Shown: positions 19,196 to 28,657, counted from the first letter of the stretch. The stretch: 64,000 nt of DNA from Candidatus Binatia bacterium (GCA_963664015.2 CAXXLF010000002.1:1216001-1280000); one strand, 5' to 3'. Notes: a model not told the origin generated them from the sequence alone. A program made the numbers and translations.

Positions 19196-20638
19196 TTATT
19201 GACTTCCGCTGAGCGATCGAATCAAATCGCCCCACTTCTCGGTTACCCGCCCACGCAGGTCACTGTCAAATTCCACACTCGGCGGGAAACGATCCTTCCA
19301 GGCAAAGGGTTTGGTAGCATCCACGATCGCCCGCGAGTTAAAGGGAGCCTCACCTTGGCGCACGAGCGGGTCAAGCGGACTGCTCCAGCAGTTGCGAATA
19401 ATATCGATATCTCGCTCCGGGTCGCAACGGGTTCCCATAGCCCATATGACCTCTCCCAGGTTGAAGGGATCGATATCCTCGTCCACCACGACGATGAAAC
19501 GGCTTACATATACGCCCCCCGGAAGCTGGCTGGCCAGGAGGGCGGTCTGCTTGGCGTGACCGGCAAAGCGCTGGCGGATCGAGATCACATTGAAAACGAC
19601 CCCGGCTCCCTCCTCATGACAACAAACCCCTCGAATGTCAGTGACTCCTCCATCCTCCAGTGCGTTCCAGAGCACGGATGAACGCATACGGGCCTGAGAA
19701 AAGGTAGCATCTTGCGGAGGTCTCCCGTTGGGAACCCCACAAATGATAGGACTTTCACGATGCATGAGTCGCTTGACCCGCATGACATATTCAGGGTGCG
19801 TGCCGCTGGCATAATAACCAAGAAATTCGGCGAAGGGACCTTCCGGCATCGTTTCGCCCGGGACGATCTCTCCTTCTACTGCTATCTCGGAATGGGCCGG
19901 AATTGGCAGACCGGTATAGCTCCCCTCCAGGATCTCGATCGGTCTCCCCTTTATCCCTCCTGCGTATTCAAGTTCCGAGACGCCGTAGCGCAAGTTAAGA
20001 GGGGCGGCGAGAAAAACCGCCGGGTCATGCCCGAAGGAAAGGGTTATGGGGCAGGGGGAGCCGCGCTCAAAGTATTTGTCACGGTTGATTCGGCCGTGCT
20101 TCCCAGGTGAGATATAGACGGTAAGACGCTGCCGGTCCTGGACCATGACACGATAGGTACCCATGTTGATGACGCCAGTATCCGGGTCACGGGTGAAGGC
20201 AATCGTCGCCGTCCCGATATAGCGCCCGCCATCGAGCTTATGCCATCGTGGGGAGGGAAATTTCCACATATCGATGGCCTCGTTTTCGTACACGTGATCA
20301 AGGACAGGGCCCGTTTTCACTACCTGTGGCGGCTCCATTTTCAGCGCTCGCAAGCGCCGGCGCCATTGTTCGACGAATTCCGATTCGGCTATATCCACGG
20401 GAAGCCCGGTTGTAAGGGCAAGCCGACGAACCGTGTTGAGAATTCCGGTCAGCACACGGTAACCCTGTGGATAGCCTTCGACCCTATCGAACAGGATCGC
20501 CGGAGGAACCTTGCTCTTCCTACGGATGATCTCCGTCAATGCACCGATCTCCAGGTCCCAATGGGCTCCGTCGATATTCGCTAATTCGCCATAGTTGTCT
20601 ACCGTAGCCAGCCAATCCCGTAGATCAGTGTAACTCAT
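19196..20638 (-). CDS. UbiD family (prFMN) decarboxylase
   Basis: DLRDWL, DGGRYI, GTYRVMV, EGPFAEFLGYY, VVDEDIDP, SPLDP. Confidence 0.92.
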   Translation of the reverse strand: MSYTDLRDWLATVDNYGELANIDGAHWDLEIGALTEIIRRKSKVPPAILFDRVEGYPQGYRVLTGILNTVRRLALTTGLPVDIAESEFVEQWRRRLRALKMEPPQVVKTGPVLDHVYENEAIDMWKFPSPRWHKLDGGRYIGTATIAFTRDPDTGVINMGTYRVMVQDRQRLTVYISPGKHGRINRDKYFERGSPCPITLSFGHDPAVFLAAPLNLRYGVSELEYAGGIKGRPIEILEGSYTGLPIPAHSEIAVEGEIVPGETMPEGPFAEFLGYYASGTHPEYVMRVKRLMHRESPIICGVPNGRPPQDATFSQARMRSSVLWNALEDGGVTDIRGVCCHEEGAGVVFNVISIRQRFAGHAKQTALLASQLPGGVYVSRFIVVVDEDIDPFNLGEVIWAMGTRCDPERDIDIIRNCWSSPLDPLVRQGEAPFNSRAIVDATKPFAWKDRFPPSVEFDSDLRGRVTEKWGDLIRSLSGSQ

Positions 20639-20890
20639 TGATTATCCATCTCCTCCGCAAATGCCACCCACCTGACCGTAGAAATGCTTAAGTCCATAAG
20701 AGAATTCCCAAAACACTTTTGAGGGCACAGTATCGACTCTCTGCCTTAAGTGATTTTCGTCTATTTCACGCTTATATTACACCATTTCAAAGATTGTCAA
20801 CCAACCTTGGACATGAGACTTCCGCAGGTTCCTCTGTCTTAGAATCTGTAAACACATATCTGCCGTTATAGTATGTGTTGCTCGACGTGC

Positions 20891-21370
20891 CTATTGTAGT
20901 GGTAAATGCGAATGCACTTCCAGCAGTCGAGTATCCAAGACAACTCGTCGTTTTTGAAACATCCACAATCCCTTGAATCGGATAACCTGATCCTCGCTAC
21001 GTCCGACTGCATACAAACTTGTTCTTCCTGTTTCCGTGGTCCGGTAAACGACGAATTTTGATCGTACCGATGCAGCATTACCTTGAAATTCAATCCGTAT
21101 ATTAGATACAAGATGTAGCCGCCTAGCTGTGTCAAGCACGTAGTTGGGGACCAGATTCATCCTTTTCACAAGCTCGTTCCTTGTGAGTTTCATTACGTAA
21201 TCGTCGATACCGCCGAGTTCTTTGCTTTCAAACAGCATCTCGTACTCTGATGTCGCAGTAAATAGGCCAGTCCATTCCCTGATTTGTCCTTCGTCGAGCA
21301 ACTGAGCGGCTCTAAAAAGCAACTCTTCTACAGCGCGATAGGGGGACAGGTCTGATCGTGTCTTTGCCAT
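20891..21370 (-). CDS. Ring-hydroxylating oxygenase beta subunit (MsmB-like, NTF2 fold)
   Basis: AAQLLD...EW..LF, RLHLVSN, GRSED.V, RRVVLDTR. Confidence 0.8.
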   Translation of the reverse strand: MAKTRSDLSPYRAVEELLFRAAQLLDEGQIREWTGLFTATSEYEMLFESKELGGIDDYVMKLTRNELVKRMNLVPNYVLDTARRLHLVSNIRIEFQGNAASVRSKFVVYRTTETGRTSLYAVGRSEDQVIRFKGLWMFQKRRVVLDTRLLEVHSHLPLQ

Positions 21371-21599
21371 GGTAAAACTTGCTAGGTTCAAGTGCGTACA
21401 GTTGACCCAGCGACTTATAGTTCTGATCCGCAGGCCGTGTCAAGGTCTAGTAAGCTGACGTTGGATTATACCAGGTGGCATTTTACTTTTTGATATATTA
21501 CAGTACTCAAGTTTTCACCTTTGGTACGTAGATTTGTTAGAGATTAAACACCTGGTGCCAGGGGGACTCAGTAGATATAGTATGAATGGAGGGCGTCTT

Positions 21600-22829
21600 A
21601 TGGGTGATCGGAGTCAAGGAATCGGACCCGAGAGGGTCCCTAATCTACCACGGACCCATTTCATTGATACTCGGATTTACACCGACCCAAACCTCTTCGA
21701 AGAGGAACGCTCAAGGATCTTTGCCAACGTTTGGAATTTTGTGGGTCATGAGAGTGAGATACCGAGGCCCGGGTGCTTCCGGACAGTGACCATCGCGGGT
21801 TTCCCCATACTGGTAGTTCGCCAAGAGGACGGTGGCGTCCGGGGTTTTTACAATATTTGCAGGCATCGTCAGGCACAGGTGGTGAGATCATGTAGTGGGC
21901 AGAGCAAGTCATTCCAGTGCTTCTATCATTTGTGGACCTATGGATTAGATGGACGGCTTTTGGGTGTCACGTTACCAGAGGGCTACAAGGATACAGGTTT
22001 CAACGTTGCTGATTTTGGATTGAGGGAGATCCGAGTGGAGTTGGTAGCGGGCTTAATCTTTGTATGTCTCAGTGACGAGACCGTAACTCTTCGGGAGTAT
22101 TTGGGTGAAGTTGCTTCGGTACTCGAAAAGTATGCGCCCCCTGAGGGGTTTGAGGTGTTTCACTACCACCAGGCAGAGATCAAGACCAATTGGAAGCTTT
22201 TTTTCGAGAACAATTCGGAAAGATATCATACGGCGCTACATTGGGCTCACAGAAACCGGGCGAATTGGGGTAAGCCCGGCGGACCTGCCGATGGGTGGAT
22301 ATTTGTGGGTAATGGCCACAATTATACCCCGTTTAATCGTGGAAAACACATGGGGCGAAGCAAGAATATTGGCCTTGAGGAAAGGGATCGATTTACTTTA
22401 CCGGGGCACCAGGGGAATGTTACGAGCTCTCATCATCTGTTCCCAGATGTGCTCCTAGTCACGATTTCAACAGTCCTAAGAATTGATCATCTCATACCTT
22501 TAAGTCCAGGTCGCACGTTAGTCGAGTGGCGCGGACTTGGAGTGAAAGGCGAGGCAGCGGATGTACGTGCTCTCCGAGTTAAACATCATAATGAGTTTTG
22601 GGGCTATTCAGGCTCTAATTTGCCCGAGGATATTACCGCTGCAGAATCCCAATGGCCAATGATGGCATCAGGAGCGGTAAGGTATAGTATCGTGGCGAGA
22701 GAAGGAAATGCCTTCAGCGACGAATCCTTGCGACACTACTATAAAGAGTGGAGTCGCCGTATGGGGCGGCAATATTGGGACCCCTTTGGAGAGATTGATG
22801 GCGCAGCTACAGTTGGGTCAGAAGTGTAA
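21600..22829 (+). CDS. Rieske oxygenase alpha subunit (MsmA-like)
   Basis: CRH-x17-CFYH Rieske motif; NWK...ENNSERYHTALH; EWRGLG...HNEFWG...NLPED. Confidence 0.88.
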   Translation: MGDRSQGIGPERVPNLPRTHFIDTRIYTDPNLFEEERSRIFANVWNFVGHESEIPRPGCFRTVTIAGFPILVVRQEDGGVRGFYNICRHRQAQVVRSCSGQSKSFQCFYHLWTYGLDGRLLGVTLPEGYKDTGFNVADFGLREIRVELVAGLIFVCLSDETVTLREYLGEVASVLEKYAPPEGFEVFHYHQAEIKTNWKLFFENNSERYHTALHWAHRNRANWGKPGGPADGWIFVGNGHNYTPFNRGKHMGRSKNIGLEERDRFTLPGHQGNVTSSHHLFPDVLLVTISTVLRIDHLIPLSPGRTLVEWRGLGVKGEAADVRALRVKHHNEFWGYSGSNLPEDITAAESQWPMMASGAVRYSIVAREGNAFSDESLRHYYKEWSRRMGRQYWDPFGEIDGAATVGSEV

Positions 22830-22911
22830 CTCAAAAATGACTTGGCTACTCTAACTCAAGTATTGAATCTCCATTCTTGTAGAGGCACGCTCGAGTGGGT
22901 TACGACCACCA

Positions 22912-23544
22912 CTACCAAAACTTCCACCAACTAGGTTTGTTCCTTCCACATCCCTTGTATTTCTTCTTCACACATTCACGGGCAAGTTTTTGTGCTTTTT
23001 CAAGTTGGGATGGAGTCATTTTATTCGCAATCCTATCTCTCAACTGCCCCGCTTGCTCACTTCCATTAGACGAAGCAAGGTTCCCCCACATATGGGCATA
23101 GACATAGTCCCGTAGAACACCTCGTCCTTGGAGGTACATCCCACTCAGAAATAACTGGGCATTAGCATACCCCTGTTCGGCAGCAAGTCTGTACCACTTC
23201 GCCGCAGTCTTATAGTCCGGGAGACCGCCTTGTCCAAGATAGTACATCAAACCCAGATTGAACTGAGCATCGGTATTCCCCTGTTCGGCAGCAAGTCTGT
23301 ACCACTTCAGTGCAGTTTCATAGTCCTGTGGAACACCTTCTCCGTTGCGGTACATAAAACCCAGATTGTACTGGGCATCGGCATCCCCCTGTTCAGCAAG
23401 AGGTGTCCATTCACGCAGAGCAGTTGCGTAGTCCCAACTCTGGTATGCAGTTAGACCCTTTGGGAAATCAGCACTCCACGACATCCCCGCACTTCCAAGA
23501 AGCACGGCAATCGTCAGGCAGAGTGTGGCGGTCAGGTTTTTCAT
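22912..23544 (-). CDS. Secreted Sel1-repeat protein (3 repeats, WWKFW tail)
   Basis: Signal peptide, three Sel1 units, C-cap extended by GRNKPSWWKFW. Confidence 0.9.
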   Translation of the reverse strand: MKNLTATLCLTIAVLLGSAGMSWSADFPKGLTAYQSWDYATALREWTPLAEQGDADAQYNLGFMYRNGEGVPQDYETALKWYRLAAEQGNTDAQFNLGLMYYLGQGGLPDYKTAAKWYRLAAEQGYANAQLFLSGMYLQGRGVLRDYVYAHMWGNLASSNGSEQAGQLRDRIANKMTPSQLEKAQKLARECVKKKYKGCGRNKPSWWKFW

Positions 23545-23598
23545 AGGGAAAAGATTTACATAAAATGGGGATTTGGGGTAGTCAGAATTGAATTATAC

Positions 23599-24201
23599 TC
23601 AACACCCTTTGTATTTCTTACGTACGCATTCACGGGCAAGGTCTTGTGCTTTTTCAATTTGGGATGGAGTCATTTTCTTCGCAACAAAATCTCTCAACCC
23701 CCCCGCTCCCTCATATCCATTAGATACGGCAATGTTCGACCACATATGGGCATAGACATAGTCCTGTAAAACACCTTGTCCCTTGTAGTACATCACACCC
23801 AGATTGGACTGGGCATCGGCATCCCGCTGTTCAGCAGCAAGTCTGTACCACTTCAGTGTAGTCTTGTAGTCCTGTGGAACACCCTCTCCTTTGCCGTACA
23901 TCCAACCCAGACTGTTCTGGGCATCGGCATCCCCCTGTTCGGCAGCAAGTCTGTACCACTTCAATGCAGTTTCATAGTCCTGTGGGACACCTCGTCCTTC
24001 GTGGTACATCAAACCCAGATTGAACTGGGCCTTCGCATCCCCCTGTTCGGCAAGGGGTGTCCATTCACGCAGAGCAGTTGCGTAGTCTTTCTTTTCGTAA
24101 GCGACGAATCCTTTTTGATAGTCATCCGCGTGGGCCGTCACTCCCACGAGCAAGGCGATACCGAGGATTGCGAAAAACAGTTTATGGTGACTTTTGACCA
24201 T
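23599..24201 (-). CDS. Secreted Sel1-repeat protein (3 repeats, different signal peptide)
   Basis: MVKSHHKLFFAILGIALLVGVTAHA leader followed by three Sel1 units. Confidence 0.88.
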   Translation of the reverse strand: MVKSHHKLFFAILGIALLVGVTAHADDYQKGFVAYEKKDYATALREWTPLAEQGDAKAQFNLGLMYHEGRGVPQDYETALKWYRLAAEQGDADAQNSLGWMYGKGEGVPQDYKTTLKWYRLAAEQRDADAQSNLGVMYYKGQGVLQDYVYAHMWSNIAVSNGYEGAGGLRDFVAKKMTPSQIEKAQDLARECVRKKYKGC

Positions 24202-24208
24202 TTCGCCA

Positions 24209-24288
24209 CCATCCTCCTACGTCACAGCCATGCTGTCAAATGCCGGGATTGACGTCCTATGGCTTAGCGTTATAATCCGCGCTGGGGG
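24209..24288. repeat. 80-bp direct repeat with promoter and RBS (copy 2 at 29451-29530)
   Basis: 76/80 identical by eye; TTGACG-16-TATAAT on +, AGGAGG on -. Confidence 0.85.
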
Positions 24289-24629
24289 CCTGCCCACCCC
24301 TAGCGCGAATAAATCCGCCTGGTGGCAATACATATTAGGGTAGGCCCGAAACAATTATCGATGTTGGAACAAATATTACGCAGAGGGCAAAAGAGAATGA
24401 GCAAAAACGCAAAATATGAAATCTCCAAAGTCACCCGGGGTTGCCCTGGTCCGCCCAATGATGCTTTCGGAAATCCGCCGCTAGTCGATCGTAGTTTGTC
24501 AATCTCTACGTACGAAAGTCGTTCTTCCCCCTCTTTCTGCCTTTTAAGATATGAAAATACTTGAGTGTTTCTCCATTGGTTTCCTTTGCTCGCACTTATA
24601 GTATATGCAAGAAACGGATAGGGTGTTGG

Positions 24630-27011
24630 ATGGATCAGATAACCTCTGCGAATTGCTGGAAAGACTTTGAGCAATCCCTTGAATCTCTCGGGGATAAGGA
24701 GAAAGGTGACGCATTTGAAGAACTGACCCACCTTCATCTTCTAACTGACCCAACGTTTTCCACCAAGCTTAAGAATGTTTGGCACCACTCCGTTGTTCCT
24801 CAGCTAATAGTCGACGAACTTGGGTTGCAACGACCTGAGATCGGTGTGGATCTTGTAGCACAAGACCGAGACGGCAAATACTGGGCAATTCAGTGCAAGT
24901 TTCATCAGGACAGAACTAGGAATGTTAGATATGAAGAACTAAACAGTTTCTTCAGTCTTACTGAACGGGATAAAACGTATCAAAAACTCTCTCATCGACT
25001 GGTATGTACCTCAGCAAATGGGGTCAGTCCTGCAGTCAATAAGGTGCATGGAGAAAAACTTGGTTATCTCACCTCCTTAGAATTCTCAAAACTCGGTCAG
25101 GAGGAGTTTGATGCCTTTAGAAAGTTTCTCGCCGGAGGTCATCCTGTACCGGAACCCAAGGTTCCACGAAAGCACCAAGGAGTTGCATTGGACAAATGCG
25201 AGACCTTCTTCAAAGACCCAAACAATACCCGTGGAAAACTTATTCACCCATGCGGGTCGGGTAAAAGTCTCATTGGATACTGGGCCTCTCAGAGACTGAA
25301 CGCAAAGACCGTCCTGATTGCCGTCCCTAGTCTTGCATTGGTTCGTCAGACGTTGGGTGATTGGACACGAGAGGCAGTAGCAAACGGAATCAATATGGAC
25401 TGGATCGCCGTTTGTAGTGATGATGATGTTTCGAATTCTGATGACCCTGCAATGCAATCTGTCGATCTTGGAATTGAAGTTGATACAGATCCAGAGATCA
25501 TTTCTAGTTTTCTTCGAAAACCATCAACAGGAACGAAGATAGTTATTACGACATACCAGAGCGCCCTTGCAGTTAGTGAGAGTGCCCAGAAGGCAGGGAC
25601 CGTATTCGACCTTGGTGTCTACGATGAAGCACATAAGACCGTTGGACAAAAAGACAAAGCATTCGCTCATCTTCTCTATGATAAGAATGTCGAGGTCAGG
25701 AAACGGGTTTTTATGACTGCTACAGAACGTCAGTTCCAAGGGAACTCTGACGAATACCTATCGATGAATGATGAAGGTATCTATGGAACGATTATTGATG
25801 AACTATCATTCAAGGCGGCGTTGGCACAAGATCCACCAATTGTCAGCGACTATAAGATCGTTTCAACGATTGTTACAGAATCAGAAATAAAAGAACTTAT
25901 AGATAATAACAAGTTTGTTAAATGCGATGGAAAAGAGTGGACGATTGAAGGTGATGCATCGACCTTAACGTCACTGATTGTACTTAGAAAATTGATCAGA
26001 GACCGTGATCTTAAACATGTTGTCTCCTTTCATAGCAGCATCAAACGATCCCGCGATTTTCAGAAACTTAATTCAGATTTTAATAAAGGGGATGGTACCT
26101 TTGATGATCTGACTTCTTTTCATGTTTCGGGGAAAGATAGTACCGGAATTCGAGCGCAGGAGCTTGAGCGGTTTGTAAATGTTGAACCGAGTTTGATTAC
26201 CAATGCACGGTGTTTAACGGAAGGTGTTGATGTTCCGGCAATTGATGCCGTTCTCTTTGCGGATCCAAAGCAGAGTAAAATTGATATTGTTCAGGCAGCG
26301 GGACGTGCATTGCGGAGATTCGATGGTAAGGACTTCGGGTATATCATCGTCCCCGTAGTTTTGGATGAAGAGTCAGAAGACCCAAGTGATGATGCCTTCA
26401 AGCAGATCATTACAGTAATATCTGCACTTGGGATGAGTGATGACCGGATCATTGATGAGTTTAGGACAATCGCAAATGGGGGGAATCCTGGTAAGGAAAG
26501 AATAAATGATATCGTTCTCCCTGAGATCTACCGAGCGAAGTTTGCGCACTTGATTTCAAATATTGGAATTCGAATCTGGGATCGTTTGAGTTTTGGTTGG
26601 GCAAAGGGGTTTGAAAAATTAAAGAGGTATGTGGAACAGAACGATAATCCCCGAGTTCACAACCGTTACACCGATGAGGATGGGTTCAAATTAGGTGGTT
26701 GGGTTAGCAATCGGCGCATGGAGTACAGAAAAGGAAAGTTGGCACGGGATCGTATTCAACAATTAGAATCGATTAAAGGTTGGGTCTGGGATCCGATCGA
26801 AGCGGACTTTCAAGAGGGTTTGGAGAAACTAAAGAGGTATGTGGAACAGAACGATAATCCCCGAGTTCCTACTAGTTACACCGATGAGGATGGGTTCAAA
26901 TTAGGTACTTGGATTAACAATCGGCGCATGGAGTACAAAAACGGACAGTTGGAACCGGATCGTATTCAACAATTAGAATCGATTAAAGGTTGGGTCTGGA
27001 AGTCGCGGTAG
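24630..27011 (+). CDS. Mrr-like nuclease + DEAH (SF2) helicase + two helicase-associated (HA) domains
   Basis: GVDLVA...AIQCK; PCGSGKS; DEAH; TAT; CLTEGVDVP; QAAGRALR; C-terminal 70-aa repeats (26621-26789 and 26831-26999). Confidence 0.85.
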   Translation: MDQITSANCWKDFEQSLESLGDKEKGDAFEELTHLHLLTDPTFSTKLKNVWHHSVVPQLIVDELGLQRPEIGVDLVAQDRDGKYWAIQCKFHQDRTRNVRYEELNSFFSLTERDKTYQKLSHRLVCTSANGVSPAVNKVHGEKLGYLTSLEFSKLGQEEFDAFRKFLAGGHPVPEPKVPRKHQGVALDKCETFFKDPNNTRGKLIHPCGSGKSLIGYWASQRLNAKTVLIAVPSLALVRQTLGDWTREAVANGINMDWIAVCSDDDVSNSDDPAMQSVDLGIEVDTDPEIISSFLRKPSTGTKIVITTYQSALAVSESAQKAGTVFDLGVYDEAHKTVGQKDKAFAHLLYDKNVEVRKRVFMTATERQFQGNSDEYLSMNDEGIYGTIIDELSFKAALAQDPPIVSDYKIVSTIVTESEIKELIDNNKFVKCDGKEWTIEGDASTLTSLIVLRKLIRDRDLKHVVSFHSSIKRSRDFQKLNSDFNKGDGTFDDLTSFHVSGKDSTGIRAQELERFVNVEPSLITNARCLTEGVDVPAIDAVLFADPKQSKIDIVQAAGRALRRFDGKDFGYIIVPVVLDEESEDPSDDAFKQIITVISALGMSDDRIIDEFRTIANGGNPGKERINDIVLPEIYRAKFAHLISNIGIRIWDRLSFGWAKGFEKLKRYVEQNDNPRVHNRYTDEDGFKLGGWVSNRRMEYRKGKLARDRIQQLESIKGWVWDPIEADFQEGLEKLKRYVEQNDNPRVPTSYTDEDGFKLGTWINNRRMEYKNGQLEPDRIQQLESIKGWVWKSR

Positions 27012-27203
27012 GCATCCAATCCTAATGAAAGTCTCAGACACCCAAGAGTTCGTTAGGAGAATATTCTATTCCCACAGCGAATAGGTTAATGCGTACTTGG
27101 GTGACTTTAGACGCTACAAACGCAATGCCAACTAGCAAATACGCTATAAGTGCGACGCCATAGATTGAACCAGTTAGAAACCACTCCAAAATACCCTGCA
27201 AGC

Positions 27204-27694
27204 TCAACACCCTTTGTATTTCTTACGGACGCATTCACGGGCAAGTTTATGTGCTTCAGCGATTTGGGCAGGGGTCATCAGTTTCGCAATAATGTCTCTG
27301 TTTTTGGATGCGCTCTTAGATTTCCCAGATGATGCGGCAATATTCGTCCACATATGGGCATAGACATAGTCCTGTGGAAGACCTTGTCCTTCTTTATACA
27401 TCCAACCCAGATTGAGCTGGGCAACGGCAATTCCCTGTTCGGCAGCCAGTCTGTACCACTTCACCGCAGTCTTATAGTCCTGGAGAACACCTAGTCCTTC
27501 ATCGTACATCCAACCCAGATTGTACTGGGCCTTGGCACCCCCCTGTTCGGCAGCCAGTCTGTACCACTTCACCGCAGCCTTATAATTCTGTCGAATGCGG
27601 CACGTCCCTTCTGGAAGTCAGCACTCCACGACATCCCCGCACTTCCAAGAAGCACGGCAAGGGTCAGGCAGATGGTGGCGGTCAGGTTTCTCAT
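27204..27694 (-). pseudogene. Sel1 gene with out-of-frame internal deletion (2 repeats left)
   Basis: ATG 27694 gives MRNLTAT...FQKGRAAFDRIIRLR*; Sel1 units resume in another frame from GTG 27572. Confidence 0.8.
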
Positions 27695-27748
27695 AGGGGA
27701 AAGAGTTACATAGAATGGGGGATTTGGGTAGACAGAATGGAATTCTAC

Positions 27749-28564
27749 TCAACACCCCTTGTAGTTTTTCTTCACGCAATCACGGGCAAGGTCTTGTGCT
27801 TTTTCAAGTTGGGATGGGGTCATTTTCTTCGCAACCAAATCTCTCAACTCCCCCCCTCTCTCATATCCATTAGATGAAGCAAGGTTCCCCCACATATGAG
27901 CATAGACAGAGTCCAGTGGAACACCTAGTCCTTGGTGGTACATCACACCCAGATTGAACTGGGCAGTGGCATATCCCTGTTCGGCTGCAAGTCTGTACCA
28001 CTTCACCGCAGTCTTATAGTCCTGTGGAACACCTTCTCCCCTGCGGTACATCAAACCCAGATTGTTCTGGGCCTTGGCATGTCCCTGTCCGGCAGCAAGT
28101 CTGTACCACTTCACCGCAGTCTTATAGTCCTGTGGAACACCTTCTCCATTATCGTACATCAAACCCAGATTGTACTGGGCATTGGCAAATCCCTGTTTGG
28201 CAGCAAGTGTCCACCACTTCACCGCAGTCTTATAGTCCTGTATAACACCTTGTCCCTTGTAGTACATCACACCCAGACTGTACTGGGCAGAGGCCTGCCC
28301 CTGTTCGGCAGCAAGTCGGTACCACTCCACCGCAGTCTCATAGTCCTGTGGAACACCCTCTCCTTTGTCGTACATCAAACCCAGAAAGAGCTGGGCAGCG
28401 GCATCTCCCTGCTCGGCAAGGGGTGTCCATTCACGCAGAGCAGTTGCGTAGTCGCCACTATCGTATGCGGTAACTCCCTTTTGTAAATCAGCACTCCAAC
28501 TCACCCCCGTACTTCCAAGAAACACGGCAATCGTCAGGCAGATGGTGGCGGTCAGGTTTCTCAT
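27749..28564 (-). CDS. Secreted Sel1-repeat protein (5 repeats)
   Basis: Signal peptide, five Sel1 units, C-cap ARDCVKKNYKGC. Confidence 0.92.
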   Translation of the reverse strand: MRNLTATICLTIAVFLGSTGVSWSADLQKGVTAYDSGDYATALREWTPLAEQGDAAAQLFLGLMYDKGEGVPQDYETAVEWYRLAAEQGQASAQYSLGVMYYKGQGVIQDYKTAVKWWTLAAKQGFANAQYNLGLMYDNGEGVPQDYKTAVKWYRLAAGQGHAKAQNNLGLMYRRGEGVPQDYKTAVKWYRLAAEQGYATAQFNLGVMYHQGLGVPLDSVYAHMWGNLASSNGYERGGELRDLVAKKMTPSQLEKAQDLARDCVKKNYKGC

Positions 28565-28618
28565 CGGGAAAAGAGTTACATAGAATGGGGGATTTGGGTA
28601 GTCAGGATGGAGTTCTAC

Positions 28619-28657
28619 TCAACATCCTTTGTATTTCTTACGGACGCATTCACGGGC
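28619..28657 (-). pseudogene. Sel1 C-cap remnant
   Basis: ARECVRKKYKGC* only, directly before a 54-bp spacer. Confidence 0.75.

Noticed and set aside
24300-24753. ORFs upstream of the helicase
   Set aside because: Overlapping short frames with no recognisable features
7988-28564. Diversity-generating retroelement behind the Sel1 variation
   Set aside because: No reverse transcriptase in the window, and the differences are not adenine-specific
8407-28618. 54-bp spacers as integron attC sites or CRISPR repeats
   Set aside because: No RYYYAAC/GTTRRRY palindromic structure and no IntI-type integrase seen; spacing equals whole genes
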